A stretch of DNA of 64,000 bases from an uncultured bacterium (GTDB lineage Bacteria; Fidelibacterota; UBA2242; JAFGTP01). Both the position numbers and the translations under genes were made by a program. Shown here piece by piece: positions 10,975 to 21,211 of this stretch. The stretch lies in NCBI GenBank assembly GCA_964472715.1, contig CAYYMT010000002.1:2602-66601 (forward strand). Reading direction: 5' to 3'. The notes below the pieces were generated by a model, which saw only the letters and a list, made by a program, of their open reading frames with translations, did no database searches and had not been told where the DNA came from. Each line of letters begins with the position of its first letter. Within the stretch, counting starts at the first letter, position 1.

Positions 10975-12375
10975 TCAGAGTTCCTTATATTCTAATTTTA
11001 ATATTTTTCTCGTCTTTTTTGTAATTTTTACATGGTCACTGATCTGCATTCCGCAAACCCATATAATTTTTTCTTCATCCCATAAAAGCGGAATGTGGTC
11101 CTTCAAAAACCTGGGAATTTTATTATCAATAAAAAAATCACTTAATTTTTTCTTAAACTGACTACCCAGGGGTGAAAAACTATCTCCCTGCCGCCAATGT
11201 CTTAATCTTAATTTTCCACGAATTTTATCAGCATCAATATATTCAACAGACCTTGAATTATTAACACTGGTAAAGTCCTCAAACTTAATAAATTTAGATG
11301 TAAATATGAAAGAATCCCGGGTATATATTTTTCCGGGCCTTATTTCCAGTTCCTCCCAGGCAATGATTTTTTTGTTCAAAATGACCAGATTTTCACGGTT
11401 CACCAGCACAACGATATTTTTAAAAGGCTCAATATAACGGCCGGTATCCGATGAAAAAATCAGGTCTTCAATCCTTTGCATATAATGAAATGACGGATAG
11501 TTATAAATTTTATTGTTAATTTCATGAAATCCCGCCAGCAGCACCTCTTTTCGAATAACAGGTTCCAGTTTTTTCAGTTTTTCAATACCAAATTCCAAAT
11601 AACCGGCAGTAATTCTGCCGGCGCATTGGGAAAACTGTTTCCGGGCAATCTTTTTTATAAAGGATAAATATTCCAGAATTATTTTCGAAAAATTATTCAT
11701 ATTGTTGTCAATACTGGGGTTTAAATATTTACGAATTTCCGGTAAAATTGTGTTGCGAATGACATTTCTCTGGCACTCATTTTCAAAATTGGTATGGTCA
11801 TCATGATAAGGGATTTTATGAATTTCCGCATATTGACAGAGATTGGTTTTTTGCGCAAACATGAGGGGACGAATTATATTATCCCGTTTTACTTCAATAC
11901 CGGTCAGACCGTGCAGCCCTGTCCCATTGATCAGCCGCATCAAAATTGTTTCCGTATTATCACTTTGAATATGGGCGGTAGCAATGGTGGCATTCCCGAT
12001 TTCACGGGCGGTTTTCTCAAAAAATTGATACCGGAGCCGCCGGCCGGCCATCTCAAAAGAAATGCCCATTTTTCCGGCTAATGTTCCGACGTCGGCACGC
12101 TCTGTGTATAGTTTGATCTCAAGTTGACGGCAATAAACCCGAACCAGTTCCTCATCATCATCAGAGGCTCCATCACGGGTTAAATGATTAAAATGCGCGG
12201 CGGAAAGATTGTATTTAAAAGATTCTTTAAATTTCCATAACAAATGTAATAATACCATTGAATCAACGCCACCGGACACACAGACAAGGATATGCCGCGA
12301 AGAAGATAACAGATTTTCCGATTCACAAAAATTCAGAAAATCATCTTCAATATTTTGTTTCTCACTGGAATGCAT
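10975..12375 (-). CDS. tilS: tRNA(Ile)-lysidine synthetase
   Basis: 466 aa with an N-terminal PP-loop ATPase motif (ILVCVSGGVDSMVLLHLL). Confidence 0.9.
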   Translation of the reverse strand: MHSSEKQNIEDDFLNFCESENLLSSSRHILVCVSGGVDSMVLLHLLWKFKESFKYNLSAAHFNHLTRDGASDDDEELVRVYCRQLEIKLYTERADVGTLAGKMGISFEMAGRRLRYQFFEKTAREIGNATIATAHIQSDNTETILMRLINGTGLHGLTGIEVKRDNIIRPLMFAQKTNLCQYAEIHKIPYHDDHTNFENECQRNVIRNTILPEIRKYLNPSIDNNMNNFSKIILEYLSFIKKIARKQFSQCAGRITAGYLEFGIEKLKKLEPVIRKEVLLAGFHEINNKIYNYPSFHYMQRIEDLIFSSDTGRYIEPFKNIVVLVNRENLVILNKKIIAWEELEIRPGKIYTRDSFIFTSKFIKFEDFTSVNNSRSVEYIDADKIRGKLRLRHWRQGDSFSPLGSQFKKKLSDFFIDNKIPRFLKDHIPLLWDEEKIIWVCGMQISDHVKITKKTRKILKLEYKEL

Positions 12376-12381
12376 AATTTA

Positions 12382-13005
12382 TCAGAAATAAGGATTATGG
12401 TTAATTTCTTCCGCAATCGTCGTGTTGGGCCCATGTCCCGGATAAACAGTCAGATTGGGAGCAAGATTCCTCAAAATATCAATGCTTTTTTTCATTTGCT
12501 CCATTGAGCCACCGGGTAAATCAATCCGCCCGACTGATCCTCTGAACAGTGTGTCGCCGCTGATCAAATGCTGCCCGAATTTAATGCAAATACTACCGGG
12601 CGAATGACCGGGTGTATTTATTATTTCAAAATTAAAATCCTGAATTCTTAATTTCATTCCTTTTATGTATGTTATATTTTCAGGTAATTTCAGACCGGTC
12701 ATGCCCACCATCGCTGCCATTGAGTGCAAATTATCAAGCACAAATTTTTCCCCCTCATGAATATAAAAGGGAATTTCATTCTTCTCCTGCAATATAGCTG
12801 CACCGGCAATATGATCAGGATGCCCGTGGGTATTTAAAATTGCAATTGGTTTCAATTTGTGGGTTTCCAGGAAAGCGGTTATTTGTTCATATTCAATTTC
12901 ACCAGGATCAATGATCACTGTTTCTGTATTCTCATTGGATACAAACCAAATGTTTTCCTGAAAAAAATCTGTTGTCATTTTACTTATTTTATACATAGAT
13001 ATCAC
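12382..13005 (-). CDS. MBL-fold metallo-hydrolase (glyoxalase II-like)
   Basis: 207 aa with the metallo-beta-lactamase motif HGHPDHIAG and downstream His/Asp ligands. Confidence 0.8.
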   Translation of the reverse strand: MISMYKISKMTTDFFQENIWFVSNENTETVIIDPGEIEYEQITAFLETHKLKPIAILNTHGHPDHIAGAAILQEKNEIPFYIHEGEKFVLDNLHSMAAMVGMTGLKLPENITYIKGMKLRIQDFNFEIINTPGHSPGSICIKFGQHLISGDTLFRGSVGRIDLPGGSMEQMKKSIDILRNLAPNLTVYPGHGPNTTIAEEINHNPYF

Positions 13006-13111
13006 TTTCTTGTTATCTATGAAAAAATAAAATTATATATTAAGTAATCCAATGAATAAAAAAAAAGTGCTGAGAAGTCCCCAACACTTTTTTCTGCCGT
13101 TATATACCCAA

Positions 13112-13543
13112 TTAAAAATTGTATAATTTCGTGTAAAAAGTCTCTTGCTGATAATGATTATCTTCCCCAACTACGCCGGCAGGTTGCTGTGATGTTTTCA
13201 TTTTCTCTATCAATTGGAGAATCTCTTCACGTATAACCGGTTTTATTAGAAAGCCGTAAGGACTTAAATAATGCGCTTTTTCAGGAATTTTTTGAAAGAA
13301 AGAAGTTAAAAAGATTACGCGGATACCATACTTTCTGTAGATCATTTCAGCGACTTCAACACCTGTAAATTCACCTTTCAACCCCATATCAATAAATACT
13401 GAATCCGGTTTATGTTTATCGATATTTTTAAAAGCTTCTTCAATTTCTGAAACCATTCCGGTAATTTTGTGTCCGCATTGTTCGACAGTAAACTTTAAGT
13501 CATCAGCGATTATAATTTCATCTTCAATTATTAGAAACTTCAT
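13112..13543 (-). CDS. Stand-alone response-regulator receiver (CheY-like) protein
   Basis: 143 aa with an REC fold (MKFLIIEDEIII...DSVFIDMGL...IFLTS) and no output domain. Confidence 0.7.
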   Translation of the reverse strand: MKFLIIEDEIIIADDLKFTVEQCGHKITGMVSEIEEAFKNIDKHKPDSVFIDMGLKGEFTGVEVAEMIYRKYGIRVIFLTSFFQKIPEKAHYLSPYGFLIKPVIREEILQLIEKMKTSQQPAGVVGEDNHYQQETFYTKLYNF

Positions 13544-13672
13544 TTACATTCCTTTGTTGCTGAAAACCTTTTTTAACAATATACGTGCCGTTTATTTTTC
13601 ACGAGGGGGAAAAGGATTATTTTTTTAAATATGGGGATATATTCCCCAAAGGATTGAGGATTTTTTCCTCAC

Positions 13673-14515
13673 TTATTTTGTTCTGTTGATCACCTCTTGC
13701 GTACGTACCTGATCAGGAGTTACCTGGCTTCTTTCATAAATGATCTCTACCCGCCGGTTACGGGCGCGTCCTTCAGGAGTTTCATTGGATGCGATGGGTT
13801 CAACCGAGGCCCGGCCTGACGCTGTCAAAAAAATTGGGTCAATCCCTTCATCAATTAGCAGAGTAACGATATCACAGGCTCTTGCTGCTGACAATTCCCA
13901 ATTATTATTATAGCGGTTATTTTTACTAACAGGTACATTATCGGTGTGACCGATTATTTTTACACGATATCTAAATTGATTTAATATCCGGCTCAGTTTT
14001 TTCATAGTTTGCTGACCTTCGGCTATAAGGTTTGCTTCGCCGGGATTGTACAATATCATATCGGAGAGTGTAATAACAGCCCCGGCATCTGTATTTTCCG
14101 CACTGACTTTGCCACTTAATTCATTAACTAAAATGAATTCTTTGATCTTTGAAACCAATTCTTCCTGTTCTTTTGGCTGGATCATGCCGCCAAGTTCATC
14201 GACTGCTTCCGGTTCGGTCTGGCTTTCGACATCGCGCATGGATAGCCCTTCCCTGGTACCGGCTTCAGGTACATTCTGCTTTCCGATTGCTTCCTGGAGG
14301 GTCAGTTTTAACTGTTCAAACTTCTCCTCCTCAACAGTACTCATGGCAAAAAGTAATACAAAAAAGGCAAATAATAAGGTTACCAGATCAGCGTAGGTTG
14401 CCAACCAACCGGCACCTTCTCCACCGCCATCATTATCATTTTCAAAATCATAATCCCGGTTCATTTTGTTCCTCTTTCTTTTTACCTTTAGGCTTTTTAT
14501 TGCTTTCTTCTGCAT
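13673..14515 (-). CDS. motB: MotB/OmpA-family stator subunit (peptidoglycan-binding)
   Basis: A single TM helix (LATYADLVTLLFAFFVLLFAM) followed by an OmpA-like domain (IIGHTDNVP...NWELSAARA...NRRVEI). A likelier start is ATG at 14464 (MNRDYDF...), which overlaps the motA stop by 17 bp. Confidence 0.8.
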   Translation of the reverse strand: MQKKAIKSLKVKRKRNKMNRDYDFENDNDGGGEGAGWLATYADLVTLLFAFFVLLFAMSTVEEEKFEQLKLTLQEAIGKQNVPEAGTREGLSMRDVESQTEPEAVDELGGMIQPKEQEELVSKIKEFILVNELSGKVSAENTDAGAVITLSDMILYNPGEANLIAEGQQTMKKLSRILNQFRYRVKIIGHTDNVPVSKNNRYNNNWELSAARACDIVTLLIDEGIDPIFLTASGRASVEPIASNETPEGRARNRRVEIIYERSQVTPDQVRTQEVINRTK

Positions 14516-15242
14516 AGACCATCAGGCGTTCACGCATAACCTTGGGATTTTCTCCGTTGCGAATGCCCAGAACTCCTTCATACAGCAGGTTTTTATGCGT
14601 GGTTTCGGTGGCGGACCTGCGCTGTAACTTTCCTGACATGGGGAGAAATATTAAATTAGCGAAAAAGGCTCCGTAGAAAGTAGTGATCATTGCCACCGCC
14701 ATTTTCGGGCCGATGGAACCGGGATCACTCAAATCTGCCAACATCTGAATTAATCCGATTAATGTTCCCACCATTCCGAAGGCCGGACAATAGGTTCCCA
14801 TGGCGCCCATGATTTCCCAGCCTACTTTATGTTTTGAACGGTTGATTGATATCTCCTGCTGCAGTTGGGCTTCCATCACTTCCGCCGGCAGACCATCGAC
14901 TGTCATTTGCAAAGCTTTACTCAGAAATTCATCCTTTTCTTCTTTTAGACTTTTTTCAAGAGCCAGAAGGCCTTCCTTTTTGGCGACATTTCCCAAATCA
15001 ACAATTTTATCCACAACTTTAACTGGGTCTTCTGTTTTTGATACAAAAACCTTTACAAACAGCCCCATTACTTTGAGAAATTCCTTAATCGGATAATTGA
15101 TCAGGGTGGCGGCAATTGTACCGCCAATAACAATCATCAGGGATGGAACATCAATAAAAATATCAAGACCACTATTCATCAGTATCGAACCGACGACAAG
15201 ACCTATTCCGGACAATATACCTATAATTGTTGCAATATCCAT
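14448..15242 (-). CDS. motA: MotA/TolQ/ExbB-family proton-channel stator subunit
   Basis: 264 aa with 4 TM helices and a cytoplasmic loop, MotA/PomA-like. It is translationally coupled to motB. Confidence 0.8.
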   Translation of the reverse strand: MDIATIIGILSGIGLVVGSILMNSGLDIFIDVPSLMIVIGGTIAATLINYPIKEFLKVMGLFVKVFVSKTEDPVKVVDKIVDLGNVAKKEGLLALEKSLKEEKDEFLSKALQMTVDGLPAEVMEAQLQQEISINRSKHKVGWEIMGAMGTYCPAFGMVGTLIGLIQMLADLSDPGSIGPKMAVAMITTFYGAFFANLIFLPMSGKLQRRSATETTHKNLLYEGVLGIRNGENPKVMRERLMVYAEESNKKPKGKKKEEQNEPGL

Positions 15243-15246
15243 AATA

Positions 15247-16557
15247 TCATCCTTTTATGTAAATTTTATCTTCAATTGGATCAATTTTATTATATCGAAT
15301 TAAGGTGCTGATAGCGTGTTCATCCAGAAGGGTACCGGCATGCAGGAGTTTCATACCACTTTTTGTGAAAATATCGGCCTGGATCACCATACCCGGTTCC
15401 ACCTCATACAAGCGCATTTCTTTCACATGGTCATGATTGATTATTCCCTTATCCTTAATATACCGGCGAATATACTTGATCAGTGACGGATCATATTTGG
15501 ACCCCGCCTTTTCATTGAGAATATCATAAAAACGTTCAATTGTGCCGGATTCAGCGCGATTGACAATATTGTCAAACAGGTTAGCCAGCGCAATAATTCT
15601 TGAACCTACCGGTATTTCCCGTCCTCTTAAATTCTCCGGAAACCCTGAACCGTCATACCGTTCATGCGAATATTTAATATATTTTACAATGTCGGAACTT
15701 TCGCCTAAATACTCACTTAATAATTTCGCTCCGGATACCGGATGCTGCAGAAGCAATTCTTTTTCATCGGGTGTATACTCATAGGGCTTTTTCATTGCCA
15801 GTTCATCAGGAATACCAATCTTGCCGATTTCATGAAGCATTGCGGCTGTTTTAACACTCTTGACTAATTCACCAGGAAGTTCCATTTGTTCCGCAATGTA
15901 TTCGGCAACATTGGCAACTTCTTTCGCATGTCCCCGGTGATATTGACGGCGTGCTTCGATCAGCCAGGAAAGTAATTCCAGTGATTTTTCCAAATCCCGC
16001 TTTCTTTTTTCACTGATTTTGAACAGCTGACGATTGCTTTCTTCCAACTTGCGCGTCATTGCGGAAATTTGTTTATAAGAGTAGTCCAACTCTTCTTTTT
16101 CGCGTCTCAACTCTTCGTTTCTTTCATGAAGATTTAATTGCAAATCCCGAATTCTGATAAAAGAGCGGATTTTCGCCAGAAATTCGACTTTGCTCAGATC
16201 CTTTTTGATAAAATCATCGGCTCCCTGTTCTATGGCATTGGCTGCATCTTCCGCACTGACTTTTACTGCTGAAGTCAGAATAAAGATCACCGTTTCATAT
16301 TCTTTGTACCGCCGTATTTTTCGACATAATTCCAGTCCTGTCATTGACGGCATTACATTGTCACTGATAATAATATCAGGGACTTCACTTTTTAGTTTTT
16401 CAAAGGCCTCATCACCATCCTTTGCCGTAATAACAGTGACATCGAGAAAACTTAAGAATTCCACCATGATCTCCAGTGATAATTCTTCATCATCAACAAT
16501 TAAGATTTTCATTTTTGTTTCTTCACTCATTGCTTGAATCGCCTTCCTTTTGAGCAT
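15247..16557 (-). CDS. Response regulator with a non-canonical HD-GYP-type domain (HE...GFP variant)
   Basis: 436 aa with an N-terminal REC (MKILIVDDEE...), a coiled-coil linker, and a C-terminal HD-GYP-like domain. The HD motif reads LHEIGKIG and the GYP motif reads SHERYDGSGFP. Confidence 0.8.
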   Translation of the reverse strand: MLKRKAIQAMSEETKMKILIVDDEELSLEIMVEFLSFLDVTVITAKDGDEAFEKLKSEVPDIIISDNVMPSMTGLELCRKIRRYKEYETVIFILTSAVKVSAEDAANAIEQGADDFIKKDLSKVEFLAKIRSFIRIRDLQLNLHERNEELRREKEELDYSYKQISAMTRKLEESNRQLFKISEKRKRDLEKSLELLSWLIEARRQYHRGHAKEVANVAEYIAEQMELPGELVKSVKTAAMLHEIGKIGIPDELAMKKPYEYTPDEKELLLQHPVSGAKLLSEYLGESSDIVKYIKYSHERYDGSGFPENLRGREIPVGSRIIALANLFDNIVNRAESGTIERFYDILNEKAGSKYDPSLIKYIRRYIKDKGIINHDHVKEMRLYEVEPGMVIQADIFTKSGMKLLHAGTLLDEHAISTLIRYNKIDPIEDKIYIKG

Positions 16558-16720
16558 TTTTTAACAAAAACACCTGCAGGAGATCTTTTTTTAAAAATCT
16601 CCATTGACCACCAATTTTTACACCGGGTAATGTGTTTTCCTTGAGAAGAGTATAAACGGTTCGCTTACTCACACTAAACATTTCAGCAACTTCGTCTATG
16701 GTCAGTATTTCTTTTTCCAT
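16523..16720 (-). CDS. Small excisionase/MerR-like HTH DNA-binding protein
   Basis: HTH_17-like sequence EILTIDEVAEMFSVSKRTVYTLLKENTLPGVKIGGQWRF. The likely start is ATG at 16720, preceded by GAGGAAA. The six-frame ORF extends to 16825 with an implausible N-terminal extension. Confidence 0.55.
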   Translation of the reverse strand: MEKEILTIDEVAEMFSVSKRTVYTLLKENTLPGVKIGGQWRFLKKDLLQVFLLKNAQKEGDSSNE

Positions 16721-16871
16721 TTTTCCTCGCATAAAATCACTTTGATAATCGGAGGAATGAACAAAACATTTCAAAAAAAGATACAAATCTTCTGTATTTT
16801 TCAGTAAAAACAGAATAATCACCATAAAACAATAATTTTAGATAAATTTCCGTAAATTTTAATAGTAATGG

Positions 16872-16919
16872 GGGAATAAAAAGGAAAGCCTCCACTTAGG
16901 TTAGGGAATCATGGAGGCT
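16872..16919 (-). terminator. Rho-independent terminator downstream of the GHMP kinase gene
   Basis: On the minus strand, an AGCCTCCA...TGGAGGCT stem with a 16-nt loop is followed by TTTCCTTTTTTATT. Confidence 0.45.
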
Positions 16920-16966
16920 ATTTCCAGGGAATCAACATTTAAAATATGTTTTAAAAGACACCCGCA

Positions 16967-18337
16967 TTAATCCAAAGCAAATGCTGACTGTCCTGCTTTT
17001 GTAATAAAAAATTCTGCATTTTTATAATCTTCAGGAAACTTTTCCTGATAAGCATTTTTCCATTTTTCTAGGAACTCACTGACTCTCGCATTGTTAACCA
17101 GGGCCCAAACACTGCCGCCAAATCCGGCGCCAAAAGCGGATGCTGCATTTGCACCAAATTTTCTGGCGGAAAAAGCTAAAAACCTTGTTTGATCCACCTG
17201 GTTTTTCAGGAGGTCGGTTGTCAATTTTTGCGAACGGTCAACTAATTGTCCAAAGGCGTGAATATTACCTTCTTTCAAAAATTTAACAGATTCCGGAATA
17301 ATTTCATAATTTTCTGCATAAAATTGTTCAAACCTGTCGCTTAACTGCCGGCTTGTATATCCATTTTGATTATGATCATGTAGCAAATGACGTATCTCTT
17401 CCACAGCATTGCGGCTGCTTTGAACAATGGAATTCAAGTCTGTAAAAGCAGTCTTTCTTGCACTATTCCAAAGATCCACCAGACTTTTTACCAGGTCTGA
17501 TGCTGTATTGTACCGGGCCATGGCATTTCCTGTTTTGATAGCATGGACACCGCTGGAACCAATTACAAATTTGTAATCATCCGGCAATTGTATTTCGTCA
17601 ATAAATTCAATCGGGCAGTAGGAATATTCAGCCAGTTTGCCTGAATTGCAATTGATAATAGCCGTATGGTCTTCACTGCCACCAAAGGTGCCGACACCTT
17701 TGTGACCTTTCAAACCACGAAAAGTCAAACCATTTTCTATTGAAGCCAGGTACTCAGCCAAATCAATTTTATCATGGATATTGGCTTTATATTCATCATG
17801 ATTTTCCAGATTATTAACACCGGCAATGGCAAAATATACAGCGATCATGAATGCGCTGGAACTGCTCATACCGGAGGCCTGGGGCAAATCACTGTCAAAG
17901 ACAATATCGCATCCCTGTAAATCACGGCCGAAATTCAGTACCAATCGACGGACAACATTTGCGGGATAATGTGTCCATGTACCTGCTTCAGCAGTGATCT
18001 CTCCCTTCATTTCAAAAATCACATCTTCTTCATTTTTTGCACTTGTTACGCGAATAATATTATCATCTCGTGGGGTCGAAAGTATACAAAAACCCCGATC
18101 AGCTGCGATTATAAGTGAGTTTCCACCGGCATAATCGGTATGTTTTCCCAATACTTCCACACGACCGGGTACGTAATATGCAAAAACTAAATCCTTTTCC
18201 TTATATCCTTTTTCTAATAAGGTTCTGGCTGATTTCTCAAATAATATTGCTTTACTCTTTGAAGAATCATTACATAAACCTTTTCTCATTAATCTCTCTT
18301 CAACTTGTCGGGGATTGCGTAGATCACTAATAACCAT
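16967..18337 (-). CDS. GHMP-family sugar 1-kinase (galactokinase-like anomeric kinase)
   Basis: 456 aa with a galactokinase-like N-terminus (GKHTDYAGG), GHMP motif 2 (PQASGMSSSSAFMIA) and a C-terminal GAGFGGSVWALV. Confidence 0.75.
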   Translation of the reverse strand: MVISDLRNPRQVEERLMRKGLCNDSSKSKAILFEKSARTLLEKGYKEKDLVFAYYVPGRVEVLGKHTDYAGGNSLIIAADRGFCILSTPRDDNIIRVTSAKNEEDVIFEMKGEITAEAGTWTHYPANVVRRLVLNFGRDLQGCDIVFDSDLPQASGMSSSSAFMIAVYFAIAGVNNLENHDEYKANIHDKIDLAEYLASIENGLTFRGLKGHKGVGTFGGSEDHTAIINCNSGKLAEYSYCPIEFIDEIQLPDDYKFVIGSSGVHAIKTGNAMARYNTASDLVKSLVDLWNSARKTAFTDLNSIVQSSRNAVEEIRHLLHDHNQNGYTSRQLSDRFEQFYAENYEIIPESVKFLKEGNIHAFGQLVDRSQKLTTDLLKNQVDQTRFLAFSARKFGANAASAFGAGFGGSVWALVNNARVSEFLEKWKNAYQEKFPEDYKNAEFFITKAGQSAFALD

Positions 18338-18502
18338 TATCTAGCTCCTGTTAAAATTCAAGTTGAAATTGTATAAAAAAGAGATATTCTTCAGTACCGC
18401 TTTTTCATATAAATCTTTCTCTTATTAGAAAAATGTAACTATTTCAAATAACAATGTTGGTTACAAAAGATAAATAATTATCACAATGTATCCTAAAGTT
18501 TT

Positions 18503-20314
18503 TTAAATCGCTCCCAGTTTATTGAAAGACTTGAATAAAAATACAGTCCCGGCGGCGGCGACTGCCAGCAAACCAGTTCCCCACAGGGGATTACCATACA
18601 CAAAATTACCAATGGCGAACAGGCTGGAATAAATCACAATACATCCGATGAAAACACAGAGAATTTGAATCGGCATTTCCCAGGATTTTCCCAGTTCTTT
18701 TTCATTGATGATATCACCGTCGTTAATAGCAGATTCAACCACTTTTCTCCAACCGGGACCACCGGGACGTGTCAGACGATAAAAACTACGGAGAATTTTC
18801 GGGTCCTCCGGCCGGGTCAGGAAGGTTGTCACCAGCCATATCACAGTGTTGATTCCCACAGCGATCAGTAGTTTCATGGTAAATCCATCTAAAATAGAAT
18901 TGGATACTGTAGCATCATCCACAAAAATAACCAAAATCACAGCCACAACTGTCGCGCCAAACATCGCCACAATCTCTGTCCAGGCATTGATCCGCCACCA
19001 AAACCAGCGCAATAAATATATCGCGCCGGAACCGGCCCCGGAAAGCAGTAAAATATTAAAAGCCTGAGTAGCATTGTTCAATAGAAATAATGCCACTACT
19101 GCGGTTAAAACCATTAGCAATACTGTAGAAACACGCCCCATTGCAACCAGTTCTTTTTCGGAAGCCTCCGACCGTACGAATCGTTTATAAAAATCATTAA
19201 CCAGATAGGATGAGCCCCAGTTTAGATGGGTACCGATGGTCGACATATAGGCCGCAATCAGTGACGCGATCACCAGGCCCAGCCATCCCGGTTCCAATTT
19301 TGATAACATTACCGGATAGGCGATATCATGTTTCAAATAGGTTTCGTTGATAGCCGGAAATTCCGCCTTGATTGAGGCCAGATCCGGATAGAGAATAATA
19401 GAAGCCAGGGCCACAATTATCCAGGGCCACGGGCGCAGGGCATAGTGTGCAAAATTAAATAGCATGGTCGCGCCAATAGCATTTTTTTCATTCTTGGCCG
19501 AGAGCATCCGCTGGGCAATATAACCGCCACCCCCCGGTTCCGCGCCGGGATACCAGACTGACCACCATTGCACAGCGATGGGAATGATCAGGAGTGGTAC
19601 ATAGGTTGACGGGTCTGAAAAATCCGGTACGAAATTTACGGTATCGCCCAGTTGATTCAACATACCGCTGAGTCCGCCGATCGACTGGATTTCCGGCTGT
19701 TTAACAGCAATGATTGCAGCATAAACAGCTCCCAGCATCGCAATGGAATACTGGAAAAAATCCGCCCATATTACACCTTTTAATCCGCCTAAACCGGCAT
19801 ATAACACGACAGCTGTGGAAGCCACCACTACGGTAACCCAGGGTTTCAATCCGAACATGACCGCACCGATCTTGATGGCGGCCAATGTTACGGTTCCCAT
19901 GATCAGGACATTAAAAAACAGACCCAGGTAAACCGCCCGAAATCCCCGCAAAAAGGCCGCCGGTTTTCCGGAATACCGTTTTTCATAAAATTCCAAATCT
20001 GTCATTATATTGGAACGGCGCCATAATTTTGCATAAATAAATACCGTAACCATTCCGGTAATCAGGAAAGCCCACCAGGCCCAGTTTTTTGCGACACCAT
20101 TTTCACGGACCATTCCGGTTACCAGGTTTGGTGTATCAGCAGAAAAGGTACAGGCTACCATAGAAATTCCCAATAACCACCAGGGCATGCCCCGGCCACC
20201 CAGAAAAAATTCCGATGTGTTTTTTCCGGCGGTTCTTGAAGCCACATATCCGATCGCTATGACGACGAGAAAGAATCCGCCAATAACTGTCCAGTCAATT
20301 GTTTGTAATAACAT
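18503..20314 (-). CDS. Sodium:solute symporter (SSS family)
   Basis: 603 aa with about 13-14 TM helices and an SSF-type profile. Confidence 0.8.
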   Translation of the reverse strand: MLLQTIDWTVIGGFFLVVIAIGYVASRTAGKNTSEFFLGGRGMPWWLLGISMVACTFSADTPNLVTGMVRENGVAKNWAWWAFLITGMVTVFIYAKLWRRSNIMTDLEFYEKRYSGKPAAFLRGFRAVYLGLFFNVLIMGTVTLAAIKIGAVMFGLKPWVTVVVASTAVVLYAGLGGLKGVIWADFFQYSIAMLGAVYAAIIAVKQPEIQSIGGLSGMLNQLGDTVNFVPDFSDPSTYVPLLIIPIAVQWWSVWYPGAEPGGGGYIAQRMLSAKNEKNAIGATMLFNFAHYALRPWPWIIVALASIILYPDLASIKAEFPAINETYLKHDIAYPVMLSKLEPGWLGLVIASLIAAYMSTIGTHLNWGSSYLVNDFYKRFVRSEASEKELVAMGRVSTVLLMVLTAVVALFLLNNATQAFNILLLSGAGSGAIYLLRWFWWRINAWTEIVAMFGATVVAVILVIFVDDATVSNSILDGFTMKLLIAVGINTVIWLVTTFLTRPEDPKILRSFYRLTRPGGPGWRKVVESAINDGDIINEKELGKSWEMPIQILCVFIGCIVIYSSLFAIGNFVYGNPLWGTGLLAVAAAGTVFLFKSFNKLGAI

Positions 20315-20326
20315 ACGTCCCCTTTG

Positions 20327-21190
20327 CTACCAATTTAAGTTAATATTTTTTTGTTGAAGATAATCACGAACTTTGATAATGTCCTCTTTTCTGGTTAAAT
20401 CCGGCACATGTTCACAAATCGGAATTCCCTTCATGGATTTTGGATTTTCCCTGACCATATTTAAAATTGCCGTGGGAAGCTCTTTTTCCTTGCGTTTTGG
20501 ATTCAACGGACAATTTTTTACATATTGATAGATCATGTTGCCGTCAAATTTGAAAATGTTCATACTAACCCGTACAATGTCATTTTCGTCAGCAAACTTT
20601 TCAACATCTTCCGCACCGGGTTTTTCAATGATATCCTTTAAAAAGCCCTCTGAATCAGTATGCGTAATTGCAAAAGCCTCAACCTGCTCCTGTGGAAAAT
20701 CCAGTCCTTTACGATCATAATTCAACCATCCGTTCGGTGTTTTCAGAGTCGCTAATCGTTTAAATCCTTCAATCGAATAAAGGTTATCACAATTACAAAC
20801 AATAAAGGATTCCTCTTGCAGTTCAGGTAGCTGTTCCATGGCCTGAAAGACAGCATCAGCCGTTCCCAGGGGCTTTTCTCTGTTCTGTGGTACAAATTGA
20901 ATGGCATAGGAAATTTTTAATCCGTGGAAATCATTGTCCCGGTCTTTTTGTCCATATAAATCACGAATTTCACGGGCATCTTCGCCGGTCAGAATAATGA
21001 TTTCTTTTAAACCGGCCTGATAAGCATTATATAAAATGTAGTCCATGAAGGGCCGGTTATTGACCGTGATCATGCCTTTTGTTTTATGATTAGCCGTATC
21101 AATGTCCTTTTGGGACATTCCTGCCGCTGCTTCAGACTTCTTCATCCGGGAAGACTTTCCACCGGCGAGAATTAACAATTTCTTTGTCAT
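20327..21190 (-). CDS. Sugar-1-phosphate nucleotidylyltransferase (GT-A-like NTP-transferase)
   Basis: 287 aa with the N-terminal nucleotide-binding loop LLILAGGKSSRM. It is the operon partner of the GHMP anomeric kinase. Confidence 0.7.
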   Translation of the reverse strand: MTKKLLILAGGKSSRMKKSEAAAGMSQKDIDTANHKTKGMITVNNRPFMDYILYNAYQAGLKEIIILTGEDAREIRDLYGQKDRDNDFHGLKISYAIQFVPQNREKPLGTADAVFQAMEQLPELQEESFIVCNCDNLYSIEGFKRLATLKTPNGWLNYDRKGLDFPQEQVEAFAITHTDSEGFLKDIIEKPGAEDVEKFADENDIVRVSMNIFKFDGNMIYQYVKNCPLNPKRKEKELPTAILNMVRENPKSMKGIPICEHVPDLTRKEDIIKVRDYLQQKNINLNW

Positions 21191-21211
21191 TTAACCCTCT
21201 TTTTTTTGATT

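Noticed and set aside
13544-13672. Small inverted repeats (GGGGATATATTCCCC, GAGGAttttttCCTC) downstream of motB as a terminator
   Set aside because: On the transcribed (minus) strand neither hairpin is followed by a U-tract, and the stems are short and AT-interrupted. The evidence is not sufficient to call a terminator.
13673-15242. MotA/MotB homologs as a Zorya (ZorAB) anti-phage system
   Set aside because: ZorA carries a long C-terminal tail of several hundred residues and comes with zorC/zorD or zorE. Here MotA is a normal 264 aa and the neighbours are a receiver and an HD-GYP regulator, not Zorya components.
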